From the NCBI GenBank assembly GCA_951406725.2, contig OX597841.1, positions 2,728,001 through 2,792,000 on the forward strand: a stretch of 64,000 nucleotides of DNA, read 5' to 3'. A program made the translations under genes and the position numbers. The notes beneath the pieces were generated by a model that worked only from the letters and a program-made list of their open reading frames with translations, searched no databases and was not told the DNA's origin. Origin of the DNA: Octopus vulgaris. Taxonomy: Eukaryota. Positions 1 through 19,417 of the stretch are shown here, piece by piece (position 1 is the stretch's first letter; every line of letters starts with the position of its first letter).

Positions 1-629
1 TGTGAAGACCCACACCGTATAAATTATAAGGTTGTCCAGGAAGTTATGACCAATGATGTGTGTAGAAGTATCATCGTGAAAATGTTTCAAGACTAAAGTT
101 CTCGTTAAATAATTCTTTAATATCTTGTTTTGTTATTTAATTTATTTCGTGAACCTGCAATTATATTATTTGAGGAATTACAACCGTGTTTCGTGGTCTG
201 CTACCACAACAGATCCTTTATAGGATCCAGTTAGCTGAAGACATCATCAGGAGGAACCACGCCCGGTTTCGGCCCCTACTCCTATACTGTTTTGACGTGA
301 CGGGGCCCCCACTTTCGGAGTTGTCTTCAGCTCTGGTGTTGGGTACATGTCTTCTTTCTTCTCTTCCCTGGCCTCTTCGACGTATCGTCAGCGAGTGTCA
401 GCCGGTGACTGACTGTCTCATCAAATTTTTCTCTTTAAATACCTGCCGCAAAGGCTCCAGCAGGCAGCCCTAGCAAGTTGTGTGACACTGTCTCACCTTA
501 ACAACTTGCCGGGGCTACCTGCTGGCGGCTGTGCAACAGGTATTTATTTACATTTTTAATCCCCTTCCCCAGTTCCCTGCCCTTTTTCTCACACATGATG
601 TAGGGACATCTATCCTACAAATTTTCATG

Positions 630-975
630 TTACACGTGGCTTAAATGTCCTGTGAACGAATTCCTTTTAATCAGCTGATAATTCATTTCTAATAACTCTA
701 ACGCATTCCTCAGCTACCAGATACACACACACATATAACAAAACTATCCCTTATGAAACATTTCCCTAAGTATTAAACAATGAAGATCTTCCATGCTTTT
801 AATTCTGTAGACGTTCGGTTTTTTTGGCGCATCGATTCTTTGTTTCTCCTCTGTGTTTTATGAACGAATGATGTCCTTGACTTTTGCGTGATTTGGCTGC
901 TATTTCTAGCAATCGATGAGAGATGTCTATAATTTCTGCAAGATTTAGCTATTATTTCCAGCTATCGACGAGAGA
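630..975 (+). promoter_or_regulatory. Second, degenerate copy of the upstream module; also at ~7925-8163, ~13600-13945 and ~19170-19420
   Basis: Same sequence blocks as the module at 1480, but the donor is mutated (TTCCCTAAGT) and there is no GCGCATGCG site. Confidence 0.5.
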
Positions 976-1415
976 TATGCAATAATATACACCCGGAAGA
1001 TCCTAGAAGGACTTGTCCCAAACTTTGGCATCGAGAGTTACACAAATGCCAGAACTGTGTGCCACTGCGTGGTGTCAAGGACTCCAAATTTGCCATCAAG
1101 ATGTAGGACAAGATATTGTGATAGCCTGGGCTTCAGGGGCCCACAGCTCTTCAATATCGTCCCGAAGAACCTGAGAGACCTGCATGGGGTGGATGCAGAT
1201 ATCTTTAAAATAAAACTGGGTCTCTTCCTCTCAGGTATCCCAGATGAACCAACTTCACGGCAGGAGGTGCAGATGAGGGCAGCTGCATCGAACTCTCTCA
1301 TGCACCAAATGGCAGGTGCTAAAAAGCATTCGTGAAGTAAAATCATGTAGCAACACCAAATGGCGGTGCCCCAGCATGGCCACAGCTCGCGTGCTGAAAC
1401 TGGATTAAATAATAA
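966..1415 (+). mobile_element. 3' fragment of a CR1/L2-group LINE; copies at ~8166-8520 and ~13935-14390
   Basis: ERYAIIYTRKILEGLVPN..GPQLFNILPKNLRD..FKIKLDLFLSGIPDEP resembles a LINE ORF2 C-terminus, followed by an (AAT)/(AAAT) tail. Confidence 0.7.
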
Positions 1416-1479
1416 TAAATAAATAAACAAGATATTAAACCCAATTGATTTAAGGAGAATTAGCTCCCTTCGCTATTTT

Positions 1480-1815
1480 CTACCGACACATGCGCGTTTA
1501 AACGTCCTTCCTGCTTGACGTTGATATCTGGTTAAATGTGCAGGTGCGTGAATTTCTCTTAATCAGCTAATAATACATTTATAATAGTTCTAATGTATTC
1601 CTCAACTACCAGACACACACATACATAACAACACTGTCCTTTATGAAACACTTCCGTAAGTATTAAACAATGAAAATATTCTGTAGACGTTTCGGTTTTT
1701 GGCGCCTCATTTCTTTGTTTCTCTTCTATGTTTTATGAATGAGAGATGTCCTTCGTTTGTGCGAGATTTGGCTGTTATTTCTAGCTACGTGTGTGATTTA
1801 GCTGCTATTTCTAGC
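1480..1815 (+). promoter_or_regulatory. ZNF upstream module (putative promoter, non-coding exon, intron start); copies at ~8590-8935 and ~14450-14800
   Basis: Degenerate NRF1-like ACACATGCGCG at 1486, CAG|GTGCGT at 1544, CC|GTAAGT at 1656, then two GATTTGGCTGYTATTTCTAGC-type monomers. Homologous to the modules upstream of the other ZNF genes. Confidence 0.6.
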
Positions 1816-3712
1816 TTTGGAAGCTACCGTCTGCACTCTCCATCGTTGCCCCGTTTGTTGCGTGTTTTAGTTTGAGAAATGTACTGAAAGACACCCTGAC
1901 CACTGAAATGTTTAGAAGCGAAAACCTTATTTGGTTAATGTTTACAACATTACTTGGAAACGAAATAAAATAAATTAATAAAAGACTTCCACCAAAGCCC
2001 ACCCCTATTTTCTCCCAGATTTGTTTATTAAATTTTTTTTTTCCCATTATAATCCCCGTTTTCGAATACGGAGATTCCGGAAAATTGCCAAAAATCGGCA
2101 TTGTGAAAATTCCCCGACTAGCTTCTTCAATTTTGACCTTTTTCCGTAACACGAACCCTAAAACCCTAACCGTAAGTACAGAGATGCTTTGAAATTTTTG
2201 TCCGTATCCTGATGTCTCCGTATTTTTCCGCATTTTTAGAAAAGAAAAAAATTCTTTAAAAAAACATTTTACAAAGATTTTTGGAATTTTTTTTCATAAT
2301 CATAATCTCCGTATTTTCCCGCATATTTTAAGGAGAAAAAAGTTTAAAATCATGGAAATGGGGGAGGAGTTGGTGTAGTTTAGAAATGTCAATTTTTGCT
2401 GATTCGCATTCCCCGTAGCCGAAAGGGGAAGGGGTGTATAAAAAAGGTTTAGAAAAGGGTTTGAGGGGATGATGTAATCATAGATATACAACACTATACA
2501 AACAGACAGGATTGTCATGGATGGAATGTCATTAAACACATGTCTGCTCTGTCAGAAGTGACCTGGATCTAAAGAACAGTATCAAGTTCTATTTCTGAGA
2601 AGGACTAATGTTAGTGTCCCCTATTCTGTGGTTTTCTTTTCAAACTGTTACAAAATGTGGAGGGGTCAGTGTAGTTTACAAATATGTCAGCTTCACACAA
2701 GATTCTGTGGAGTAAATTTTGATAAATTAGGATGTTCATTTGATCATCGTCTTTTCATTATCCATTGTCCATGCTGGCATGGTTGGATGGGGAGCTGCAG
2801 CAGCCTTCAGTCTGAATTGTCATGGTTTCTACTGGATGCCTTTCCAAGTGCCAACCACTACATATTGTGCCATAGGGTGCTTTTATGTGGCACCACATGG
2901 ACATTTGAATGTAGCAGCATTTTTACATGGCATTGCATGGCTACTTTTATGAGGAATGGCCGTAAGTGCTTTTAACTAGAAGAGGGATGAGTCTTAACAC
3001 ATCTGTTATGAAGTGTGGATCTTCTTGAGTACAACAAGGCACCAGGAATGTTGGTCCTTTGTCATCTCACCTGAAAAGTTCTTCAGCACTTCATAGCCTG
3101 TCTTTCTGGGTGACCCACATGTTCCATCTGCTTTTAGAGGTTAGCACTTCTTTATGGTGCTGTCAGCATCCAGCTCACTTAAGGCAAATGTTTATCTCTT
3201 CAGATTATCTCTATAGAAATGAATCATTTATTTTTTTAAATAGCCTCTACATCTGACACTGTTCTTTGTCTTTAATTTCAGAGCACCAGATGACAGTGGT
3301 GTAACGGAAGACGAACCCTCAACTCTATCCTGTTTTAAAGACTGAAAGAAAATATTCTATGAAACAGATGTATCAGATTGGTTTTACAAAACTGTAGAAG
3401 AATTCCTGTGAAACATTTGTTCTGAAAAAATGTTATTAGCCAAATTTCTGGACATCACCAACTGGAGTGTGAAGAAGAGAAGCCTGTGTGCTGATTGAAG
3501 TTGGATAAATTAATTGAAGTGTTGCTAAACATAAGTAACACTGGACAGAAATACAGCAGAAGAACTGCTTGCAAGAAATAAAGTATAAAAAGAGAAAGAA
3601 GAAAAAATATAAACTGGGATTTGAGAGGCAAAATATTGGAAGAGAGTGAAAAAATTGTATGATTCATTTCTTCTGAACACATGAGAGAAGTGATTAGATC
3701 ATGTGACTGTGA

Positions 3713-5936
<2,224 letters not shown>

Positions 5937-6639
5937 TTCCTTGTTCGCTATATATTTTTAATATTCTTGTGTTTCGTGTAATGGAAAATATGAGTAAAAA
6001 TATTTCAAAAATTTTATATTTCTTTGTTTTGTTTTTGTAATTTTCGCCTCTCCTTCTTCCACAACTGCTTTTACAGATTCCTTTCCGTAATGTACCAAAA
6101 CCCCTCCTCCTGACAACCCTACACATCAGGCATGTGCCAGCAGTAATTACCCAGGGTAGGGCATCGGTGACGTTTGCATAGTGAAACACAGGCATGCGAC
6201 TGAGTTGGAGGCAGAATTACTTGTATCTTTAGCATGTAAAGAAAACGTTGTTATAGGAGTGTACACAGCACATGTACTACAGCTGTACTATATGTAGTTT
6301 TAACACTGGAATTGAGGGGCAGGGGTGAATTATGGCTCCTTAATCTACAAAAAAATAATACATTTTGCATGTTATGGGTAGTAATCAGGGTAACCATTGT
6401 AATTTGATTGAATTAGGGGCATGCTTTGCCGTAAAAGAAAAATGTTACTTTTTGATGGTGCTTTTTACATTCCCCTGGCACAGGGGGCCAGTCAGGTGGC
6501 GCTGGCATCGGCCACAACTACAGTTTCCATTTTTGATTTTACTTGACTTAGTAGGTCCCCTTAAGCACAGTGTGTCACCCAACGATTCAAAGGTTCTTCT
6601 GAAATGGGCTGGTTATGCAACACTGGTATAGGCTACGGC

Positions 6640-7300
6640 TGACAGCTTTTGTGTGGCAGATGCACAGGAGCAATAAACACCGAAGATGCTCAGCAAACAG
6701 ATTCCATCACATGCTAGAGGGAGAGACTAGAAATAGTTGATAACTTCTGTTACCTATGTGACTATGTCTGTAGTTGGTGTGGATGCTCGGAGACCGTTGT
6801 CACTAGAATAAGAATAGCCTGTGCAAAGTTCAGAAATTTCCGGCCTCTACTGGTGTCAAAGGACCACTCGTTGAGAGTGAAATATAGACTGTATGATGCA
6901 TGTGTGTATACTGCCATGCTACACGGCAGAGTAACATGGGCCTTGACTGTTGAGGACATATGTAGGCTTGAAAGAAATGAAGCTAGTATGATCTGCTGGA
7001 TGTGTAATGTCAGTGTCCATGCACGACAGAGTATAAGTGCCCTTAGAGAAATGTTGGATATGAGAAGCATCAGATGTGGTGTGCAAGAGACGACTGTGTT
7101 TGTATGTTCATGTGCTGCATATGGATGAGGAGAGCTTTGTGAAGAAGTGTCTCTCCCTAACAATGGAAGGAACTTGCGGAAGAGGGAGACCCAGGAAGAC
7201 ATAAGATGAGGTGGTTAGGGTTGACTTCAAATGGTGGGCTTCACAGACGCAATGACAAGAGACACAGGCCTCTGGAGATATGCTGTGACTGTGAAGACCC
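6640..7300 (+). mobile_element. Decayed RTE-clade LINE ORF2 3' part; copies at ~12330-12995 and ~17885-18548
   Basis: LYDACVCTAMLHGRVTWAL..LERNEASM..VEGTCGRGRPRKT, homologous to 50590-51410. Confidence 0.85.
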
Positions 7301-10150
7301 ACACCGTATAATTTATAAGGTTGTCCAGGAAGTTATGACCAATGATGTGTGTAGAAGTATCATCGTGAAAATGTTTCAAGACTAAAGTTCTCGTTAAATA
7401 ATTCTTTAATAATATCTTGTTTTGGTATTTAATTTATTTCGTGAACCTGCAATTATATTATTTGAGGAATTACAACCGTGTTTCGTGGTCTGCTACCACT
7501 ACAGATCCTTTATAGGATCCAGTTAGCTGAAGACATCATCAGGAGGAACCACGCCCGGTTTCGGCCCCTACTCCTCTACTGTCTTGACGTGACGGGGCCC
7601 CCACTTTCGGAGGTGTCTTCAGCTCTGGTGTTGGGTGCATGCCTTCTTCCTTCTCTTCCCTGGCCTCTTCGATGTATCGTCAGCGAGTGTCAGCCGGTGA
7701 CTGACTGTCTCGTCAAATTTTTCTCTTTAAATACCTGCCGCAAAGGCTCCAGCAGGCAGCCCTAGCAAGTTGTGTGACACTGTCTCACCTTAACAACTTG
7801 CTGGGGCTGCCTGCTGGCGGCTGTGCTACAGGTATTTATTTACATTTTTAATCGTCTTCCCCAGTTCCCTGCCCTTTTTCTCACACGTGATGTAGGGTCA
7901 TCTATCCTACAAATTTTCATGTTACACGTGGCTTAAATGTCCTGTGAACGAATTCCTTTTAATCAGCTGATAATTCATTTATAATAACTCTAACGCCTTC
8001 CTCAGCTACCAGATACACACACACATATAACAAAACTATCCCTTATGAAACATTTCCCTAAGTATTAAACAATGAAGATCTTCCATGCTTTTAATTCTGT
8101 AGACGTTCGGTTTTTTTGGCGCATCGATTCTTTGTTTCTCTTCTGTGTTTTATGAACGAATGATATCCACTGCGTGGTGCCAAGTACCCCAAATTTGCCA
8201 TCAACATGTAGGAGAAGATACTGTGATAGCCTGGGCTTCAGAGGCCCACAGCTCTTCAATATCGTCTCGAAGAACCTGAGAGACCTGCATGGGGTGGATG
8301 CAGATGTCTTTAAAATAAAACTGGGTCTCTTCCTGTCAGGTATCCCAGATGAACCAACTTCACGGCAGGAGGTGCAGATGAGGGCAGCTTCATCGAACTC
8401 TCTCATGCACCAAATGGCAGTTGCTAAAAAGCATTCGTGAAGTAAAATCATGTAGCAACACCAAATGGCGGTGCCCCAGCATGGCCACAGCTCGCGTGCT
8501 GAAACTGGATAAACTTATAATAAATAAATAAACAAGATATTAAACCCAATTGATTTAAGGAGACTTAGCTCCCTTCGCTATTTTCTACCGACACATGCGC
8601 GTTTAAACGTCCTTCCTGCTTGACGTTGATATCTGGTTAAATGTGCAGGTGCGTGAATTTCTCTTAATCAGCTAATAATACATTTATAATAGTTCTAATG
8701 TATTCCTCAACTACCAGACACACACATACATAACAACACTGTCCTTTATGAAACACTTCCGTAAGTATTAAACAATGAAAATATTCAATGTTTTTAATTC
8801 TGTAGACGTTTCGGTTTTTGGCGACTCATTTCTTAGTTTCTCTTCTATGTTTTATGAATAAGAGATGACCTTCGTTTGTGCGAGATTTGGCTGTTATTTC
8901 TAGCTACGTGTGTGATTTAGCTGCTATTTCTAGCTTTGGAAGCTACCGTCTGCACTCTCCATCGTTGCCCCGTTTGTTGCGTGTTTTAGTTTGAGAAATG
9001 TACTGAAAGTCACCCTGACCACTGAAATGTTTAGAAGCCAAAACCTTATTTGGTTAATGTTTACAACATTACTTGGAAACGAAATAAAATAAATTAATAA
9101 AAGACTTCCACCAAAGCCCACCCCTATTTTCTCCCAGATTTGTTTATTAAATTTTTTTTTCCCATTATAATCCCCGTTTTGGAATACGGAGATTCCGGAA
9201 AGTTGCCAAAAATCGGCATTGTGAAAATTCCCCGACTAACTTCTTCACTCTGAATTGTCATGGTTTCTACTGGATGTCTTTCCAAGTGCCAACCACTTCA
9301 TATTGTGCCATAGGGTGCTTTTATGTGGCACCACATGGACATTTGAATGTAGCAGCATTTTTAAATGGCATTGCATGGCTACTTTTATGAGGAATGGCCG
9401 TAAGTGCTTTTAACTAGAAGAGGGATGAGTCTTAACACATCTGTTATGAAGTGTGGATCTTCTTGAGTACAACAAGGCACCAGGAATGTTGGTCCTTTGT
9501 CATCTCACCTGAAAAGTTCTTCAGCACTTCATAGCCTGTCTTTCTGGGTGACCCACATGTTCCATCTGCTTTTAGAGGTTAGCACTTCCTTATGGTGCTG
9601 TCAGCATCCAGCTCAGTTAAGGCAAATGTTTATCTCTTCAGATTATCTCTATAGAAATGAATCATTTATTTTTTAAAATAGCCTCTACATCTGACACTGT
9701 TCTTTGTCTTTAATTTCAGAGCACCAGATGACAGTGGTGTAACGGAAGACGAACCCTCAACTCTATCCTGTTTTAAAGACTAAAAGAAAATATTCTCCGA
9801 AACAGATGTATCAGATTGGTTTTACAAAACTGTAGAAGAATTCCTGTGAAACATTTGTTCTGAAAAAATGTTATTAGCCAAATTTCTGGACATCACCAAC
9901 TGGAGTGTGAAGAAGAGAAGCCTGTGTGCTGATTGAAGTTGGATAAATTAATTGAAGTGTTGCTAAACATAAGTAACACTGGACAGAAATACAGCAGAAG
10001 AACTGTTTGCAAGAAATAAAGTATAAAAAGAAAAAGAAGAAAAAATATAAACTGGGATTTGAGAGGCAAAATATTGGAAGAGAGTGAAAAAATTGTATGA
10101 TTCATTTCTTCCGAACACATGAGAGAAGTGATTAGATCATGTGACTGTGA

Positions 10151-11636
<1,486 letters not shown>

Positions 11637-14600
11637 TTCCTTGTTCGCTATATATTTTTAATATTCTTGTTGTTCATGTAATGGAAAATATGAGTAAAAT
11701 ATTTCAAAAATTTTATATTTCTTTGTTTTGTTTTTGTAATATTTGCCTCTCCTTCTTCCACAACTGCTTGTACAGATTCCTTTCCATAATGTACCAAAAC
11801 CCCTCCTCCTGACAACCCTACACATCAGGCATAATTATTCAGGGTAGGGCATCGGTGATCTTTGCATAGTGAAACACAGGCATGCGACTGAGTTGGAGGC
11901 AGAATTACTTGTGTCTTTAGCATGTAAAGAAAACGTTGTTATAGGAGTGTACACAGCACATGTACTACAGCTGTACTATATGTAGTTTTAACACTGGAAT
12001 TGAGGGGCAGGGACGAATTATGGCTCCTTAATCTACAAAATAATAAGACATTTTGCATGTTATGGGTGGTTATCAGGGTAACCTTTGTAATTTTATTGAA
12101 TTAGGGGCATGCTTTGCAGTAAAAGAAAAATGTTACTTTTTGATGGTGCTTTTTACATTCCCCTGGCACAGGGGGCCAGTCAGGTGGCGCTGGCATCGGC
12201 CACAACTACAGTTTCCATTTTTGATTTTACTTGACTTAGTAGGTCCCCTTAAGCACAGTGTGTCACCCAACGATTCAAAGGTACTTCTGAAATGGGCTGG
12301 TTATGCGACACTGGTATAGGCTACGGCTGACAGCTTTTTTGTGTGGCAGATGCACAGGAGCAATAAACACCGAAGATGCTCAGCAAACAGATTCCATCAC
12401 ATGCTAGAGGGAGAAACTAGAAATAGTTGATAACTTCTGTTACCTATGTGACTATGTCTGTAGTTGATGTGGATGCTCGGAGACCGTTGTCGCTAGAATA
12501 AGAATAGTCTGTGCAAAGTTCAGAAATATCCGGCCTCTACTGGTGTCAAAGGACCACTCGTTCAGAGTGAAATGTAGACTGTATGATGCATGTGTGTGTA
12601 CTGCCATGCTACACGGCAGAGTAACATGGGCCTTGACTGTTGAGGACATATGTAGGCTTGAAAGAAATGAAGCTAGTATGATCTGCTGGATGTGTAATGT
12701 CAGTGTCCATGCACGACAGAGTATAAGTGCCCTTAGAGAAATGTTGGATATAAGAAGCATCAGATGTGGTGTGCAAGAGAGACGACTGTGTTTGTATGTT
12801 CCTGTGCTGCATATGGATGAGGAGAGCTTTGTGAAGAAGTGTCACTCCCTAACAGTGGAAGGAACTTGCGGAAGAGGGAGACCCAGGAAGACATAAGATG
12901 AGGTGGTTAGGGATGACTTCAAATGGTGGGCTTCACAGAGGCAATAACAAGAGACACAGGCCTCTGGAGATATGCTGTGACTGTGAAGACCCACACCGTA
13001 TAAATTATAAGGTTGTCCAGGAAGTTATGACCAATGATGTGTGTAGAAGTATCATCGTGAAAATGTTTCAAGACTAAAGTTCTCGTTAAATAATTCTTTA
13101 ATATCTTGTTTTGTTATTTAATTTGTTTCGTGAACCTGCAATTATATTATTTGAGGAATTACAACCGTGTTTCGTGGTCTGCTACCACAACAGATCCTTT
13201 ATAGGATCCAGTTCGCTCAAGACATCATCAGGAGGAACCACGCCCGGTTTCGGCCCCTACTCCTATACTGTTTTGACGTGGCAGGGCCCCCACTTTCGGA
13301 GTTGTCTTCAGCACTGGTGTTGGGTGCATGTCTTCTTTCTTCTCTTCCCTGGCCTCTTCGATGTATCGTCAGCCGGTGACTGACCGTCTCATCAAATTTT
13401 TCTCATTAAATACCTGCCGCAAAGGCTCTAGCAGGCAGCCCTAGCAAGTTGTGTGACACTGTCTCACCTTAACAACTTGCTGGGGCTGCCTGCTGCAGGC
13501 TGTGCAACAGGTATTTATTTACATTTTTATTCTCTTCCCCAGTTCCCTGCCCTTTTTCTCACACATGATGTAGAGACATCTATTCTACAAATTTTCATGT
13601 TACACATGGCTCAAATGTCCTGTGAACGAATTCCTTTTAATCAGCTGATAATTCATTTATAATAACTCTAACGCATTCCTCAGCTACCAGATACACACAC
13701 ACATATAACAAAACTATCCCTTATGAAACATTTCCCTAAGTATTACACAATGAAGATCTTCCATGCTTTTAATTCTGTAGACGATCGGTTTTTTGGCGCA
13801 TCGATTCTTTGTTTCTCCTCTGTGTTTTATGAACGAATGATGTCCTTGACTTTTGCGTGATTTGGCTGCTATTTCTAGCAATCGATGAGAGATGTCTATA
13901 ATTTGTGCAAGATTTAGCTACTATTGCCAGCAATCGACGAGCGATATGCCATAATATACACCCGGAAGATCCTAGAAGGACTTGTCCCAAACTTTGGGAT
14001 CGAGAGTTACACAAATGCCAGAACTGTGTGCCACTGCGTGGTGTCAAGGACTCCAAATTTGCCATCAAGATGTAGGACAAGATATTGTGATAGCCTGGGC
14101 TTCAGAGGCCCACAGCTCTTCAATATCCTCCCGAAGAACCTGAGAGACCTGCATGGGGTGGATGCAGATGTCTTTAAAATAAAACTAGATCTCTTCCTGT
14201 CAGGTATCCCAGATGAACCAACTTCACGGCAGGAGGTGCAGATGAGGGCAGCTTCATCGAACTCTCTCATGCACCAAATGGCAGTTGCTAAAAAGCATTC
14301 GTGAAGTAAAATCATGTAGCAACACCAAATGGCGGTGCCCCAGCATGGCCGCAGCTCGTGAGCTGAAACTGGATAAAATAATAATAAATAAATAAATAAG
14401 ATATTAAACCCAATTGATTTAAGGAGACTTAGCTCCCTTCGCTATTTTCTACCGACACATGCGCGTTTAAACGTCCTTCCTGCTTGACGTTGATATCTGG
14501 TTAAATGTGCAGGTGCGTGAATTTCTCTTAATCAGCTAATAATACATTTATAATAGTTCTAATGTATTCCTCAACTACCAGACACACACATACATAACAA

Positions 14601-16018
14601 CACTGTCCTTTATGAAACACTTCCGTAAGTATTAAACAATGAAAATATTCAATGTTTTTAATTCTGTAGACGTTTCGGTTTTTGGCGCTCATTTCTTTGT
14701 TTCTCTTCTATGTTTTATGAATAAGAGATGTCCTTCGTTTGTGCGAGATTTGGCTGTTATTTCTAGCTACGTGTGTGATTTAGCTGCTATTTCTAGCTTT
14801 GGAAGCTACCGTCTGCACTCTCCATCGTTGCCCCGTTTGTTGCGTGTTTTAGTTTGAGAAATGTACTGAAAGACACCCTGACCACTGAAATGTTTAGAAG
14901 CCAAAACCTTATTTGGTTAATGTTTACAACATTACTTGGAAACGAAATAAAATAAATTAATAAAAGACTTCCACCAATGCCCACCCCTATTTTCTCCCAA
15001 ATTTGTTTATTGAAAATTTATTTTTTTTTTGCCAAAAATCCCTGTTTTCGGATAAGGAGATTCCGGAAAATTGCCAAAAATCGGCATTGTGAAAATTCCC
15101 CGACTAACTTCTTCAGTCTGAATTGTCATGGTTTCTACTGGATGCCTTTCCAAGTGCCAACCACTTCATATTGTGCCATAGGGTGCTTTTATGTGGCACC
15201 ACATGGACATTTGAATGTAGCAGCATTTTTAAATGGCATTGCATGGCTACTTTTATGAGGAATGGCCGTAAGTGCTTTTAACTAGAAGAGGGATGAGTCT
15301 TAACACATCTGTTATGAAGTGTGGATCTTCTTGAGTACAACAAGGCACCAGGAATGTTGGTCCTTTGTCATCTCACCTGAAAAGTTCTTCAGCACTTCAT
15401 AGCCTGTCTTTCTGGGTGACCCACATGTTCCATCTGCTTTTAGAGGTTAGCACTTCTTTATGGTGCTGTCAGCATCCAGCTCAGTTAAGACAAATGTTTA
15501 TCTCTTCAGATTATCTCTATAGAAATGAATCATTTATTTTTTTAAATAGCCCCTACATCTGACACTGTTCTTTGTCTTTAATTTCAGAGCATCAGATGAC
15601 AGTGGTGTAACGGAAGACGAACCCTCAACTCTATCCTGTTTAAAAGACTAAAAGAAAATATTCTATGAAACAGATGTATCAGATTGGTTTTACAAAACTG
15701 TAGAAGAATTCCTGTGAAACATTTGTTCTGAAAAAATGTTATTAGCCAAATTTCTGGACATCACCAACTGGAGTGTGAAGAAGAAAAGCCTGTGTGCTGA
15801 TTGAAGTTGGATAAATTAATTGAAGTGTTGCTAAACATAAGTAACACTGGACATAAATACAGCAGAAGAACTGTTTGCAAGAAATAAAGTATAAAAAGAA
15901 AAAGAAGAAAAAATATAAACTGGGATTTGAGAGGCAAAATATTGGAAGAGAGTGAAAAAATTGTATGATTCATTTCTTCTGAACACATGAGAGAAGTGAT
16001 TAGATCATGTGACTGTGA

Positions 16019-17193
<1,175 letters not shown>

Positions 17194-19417
17194 TTCCTTG
17201 TTCGCTATATATTTTTAATATTCTTGTGTTTCATGTAATGGAAAATATGAGTAAAAATATTTCAAAAATTTTATATTTCTTTGTTTTCTTTTTGTAATTT
17301 TCGCCTCTCCTTCTTCCACAACTGCTTTTACAGATTCCTTTCCGTAACGTACCAAAACCCCTCCTCCTGACAACCCTACACATCAGGCATGTGCTATCAG
17401 TAATTACCCAGGGTAGGGCATCGGTGACGTTTGCATAGTGAAACACAGGCATGCGACTGAGTTGGAGGCAGAATTACTTGTGTCTTTAGCATGTAAAGAA
17501 AACGTTGTTATAGGAGTGTACACAGCACATGTACTACAGCTGTACTATATGTAGTTTTAACACTGGAATTGAGGGGCAGGGGCGAATTATGGCTCCTTAA
17601 TCTACAAAAAATAAGACATTTTGCATGTCATGGGTAGTAATCAGGGTAACCTTTGTAATTTGATTGAATTAGGGGCATGCTTTGCCGTAAAAGAAAAATG
17701 TTACTTTTTGATGATGCTTTTTACATTCCACTGGTCAGGTGGCGCTGGCATCGGCCACAACTACAGTTTCCATTTTTGATTTTACTTGACTCAGTAGGTC
17801 CCCTTAAGCACAGTGTGTCACCCAACAATTCAAAGGTACTTCTGAAATGGGCTGGTTATGCGACACTGGTATAGGCTACGGCTGACAGCTTTTGTGTGTG
17901 GCAGATGCACAGGAGCAATAAACACCGAAGATGCTCAGCAAACAGATTCCATCACATGCTAGAGGGAGAAACTAGAAATAGTTGATAACTTCTGTTACCT
18001 AGGTGACTATGTCTGTAGTTGGTGTGGATGCTCGGAGACCGTTGTCACTAGAATAAGAATAGCCTGTGCAAATTTCAGAAATTTCCGGGCTCTACTGGTG
18101 TCAAAGGACCACTCTTTCAGAGTGAAATATAGACTGTATGATGCATGTGTGTGTACTGCCATGCTACACGGCAGAGTAACATGGGCCATGACTGTTGAGG
18201 ACATATGTAGGCTTGAAAGAAATGAAGCTAGTATGATCTGCTGGATGTGTAATGTCAGTGTCCATGCACGACAGAGTATAAGTGCCCTTAGAGAAATGTT
18301 GGATATGAGAAGCATCAGATGTGGTGTGCAAGAGACGACTGTGTTTGTATGTTCCTGTGCTGCATATGGATGAGGAGAGCTTTGTGAAGAAGTTTCACTC
18401 CCTAACAATGGAAGGAACTTGTGGAAGAGGGAGACCCAGGAAGACATAAGATGAGGTGGTTAGGGATGACTTCAAATGGTGGGCTTCACAGAGGCAATGA
18501 CAAGAGACACAGGCCTCTGGAGATATGCCGTGACTGTGAAGACCCACACCGTATAATTTATAAGGTTGTCCAGGAAGTTATGACCAATGATGTGTGTAGA
18601 AGTATCATCGTGAAAATGTTTCAAGACTAAAGTTCTCGTTAAATAATTCTTTAATAATATCTTGTTTTGTTATTTAATTTATTTCGTGAACCTGCAATTA
18701 TATTATTTGAGGAATTACAACTGTGTTTCGTGGTCTGCTACCACAACAGATCCTTTATAGGATCCAGTTAGCTGAAGACATCATCAGGAGGAACCACGCC
18801 CGGTTTCGGCCCCTACTCCTCTACTGTCTTGACGTGGCAGGGCCCCCACTTTCGGAGTTGTCTTCAGCTCTGGTGTTGGGTGCATGTCTTCTTCCTTCTC
18901 TTCCCTGGCCTCTTCGATGTATCGTCAGCGAGTGTCAGCCGGTGACTGACTGTCTCGTCAAATTTTTCTCTTTAAATACCTGCCGCAAAGGCTCCAGCAG
19001 GCACCCCCAGCAAGTTGTCGTGTGACACTGTCTCACCTTAACAACTTGCTGGGGCTGCCTGCTGGAGGCTGTGCAACAGGTATTTATTTACATTTTTAAT
19101 CCCCTTCCCCAGTTCCCTGCCCTTTTTCTAACACATGATGTAGGGACATCTATCCTACAAATTTTCATGTTACACATGGCTCAAATGTCCTGTGAACGAA
19201 TTCCTTTTAATCAGCTGATAATTCATTTATAATAACTCTAACGCATTCCTCAGCTACCAGATACACACACACATATAACAAAACTATCCCTTATGAAACA
19301 TTTCCCTAAGTATTACACAATGAAGATCTTCCATGCTTTTAATTCTGTAGACGTTCGGTTTTTTGGCGCATCGATTCTTTGTTTCTCTTCTGTGTTTTAT
19401 GAACGAATGATGGACTT

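Noticed and set aside
170-345. Minus-strand CTGAAGA/CTGATGA..CGAAAC words with hairpins (repeated in each unit), suggesting tandem hammerheads; also the overlapping 95-aa ORF
   Set aside because: Stem I cannot be formed and the stem II closing pair is wrong; at most a decayed Penelope-like terminus. The ORF recurs only because of the duplication and is truncated in unit 3.
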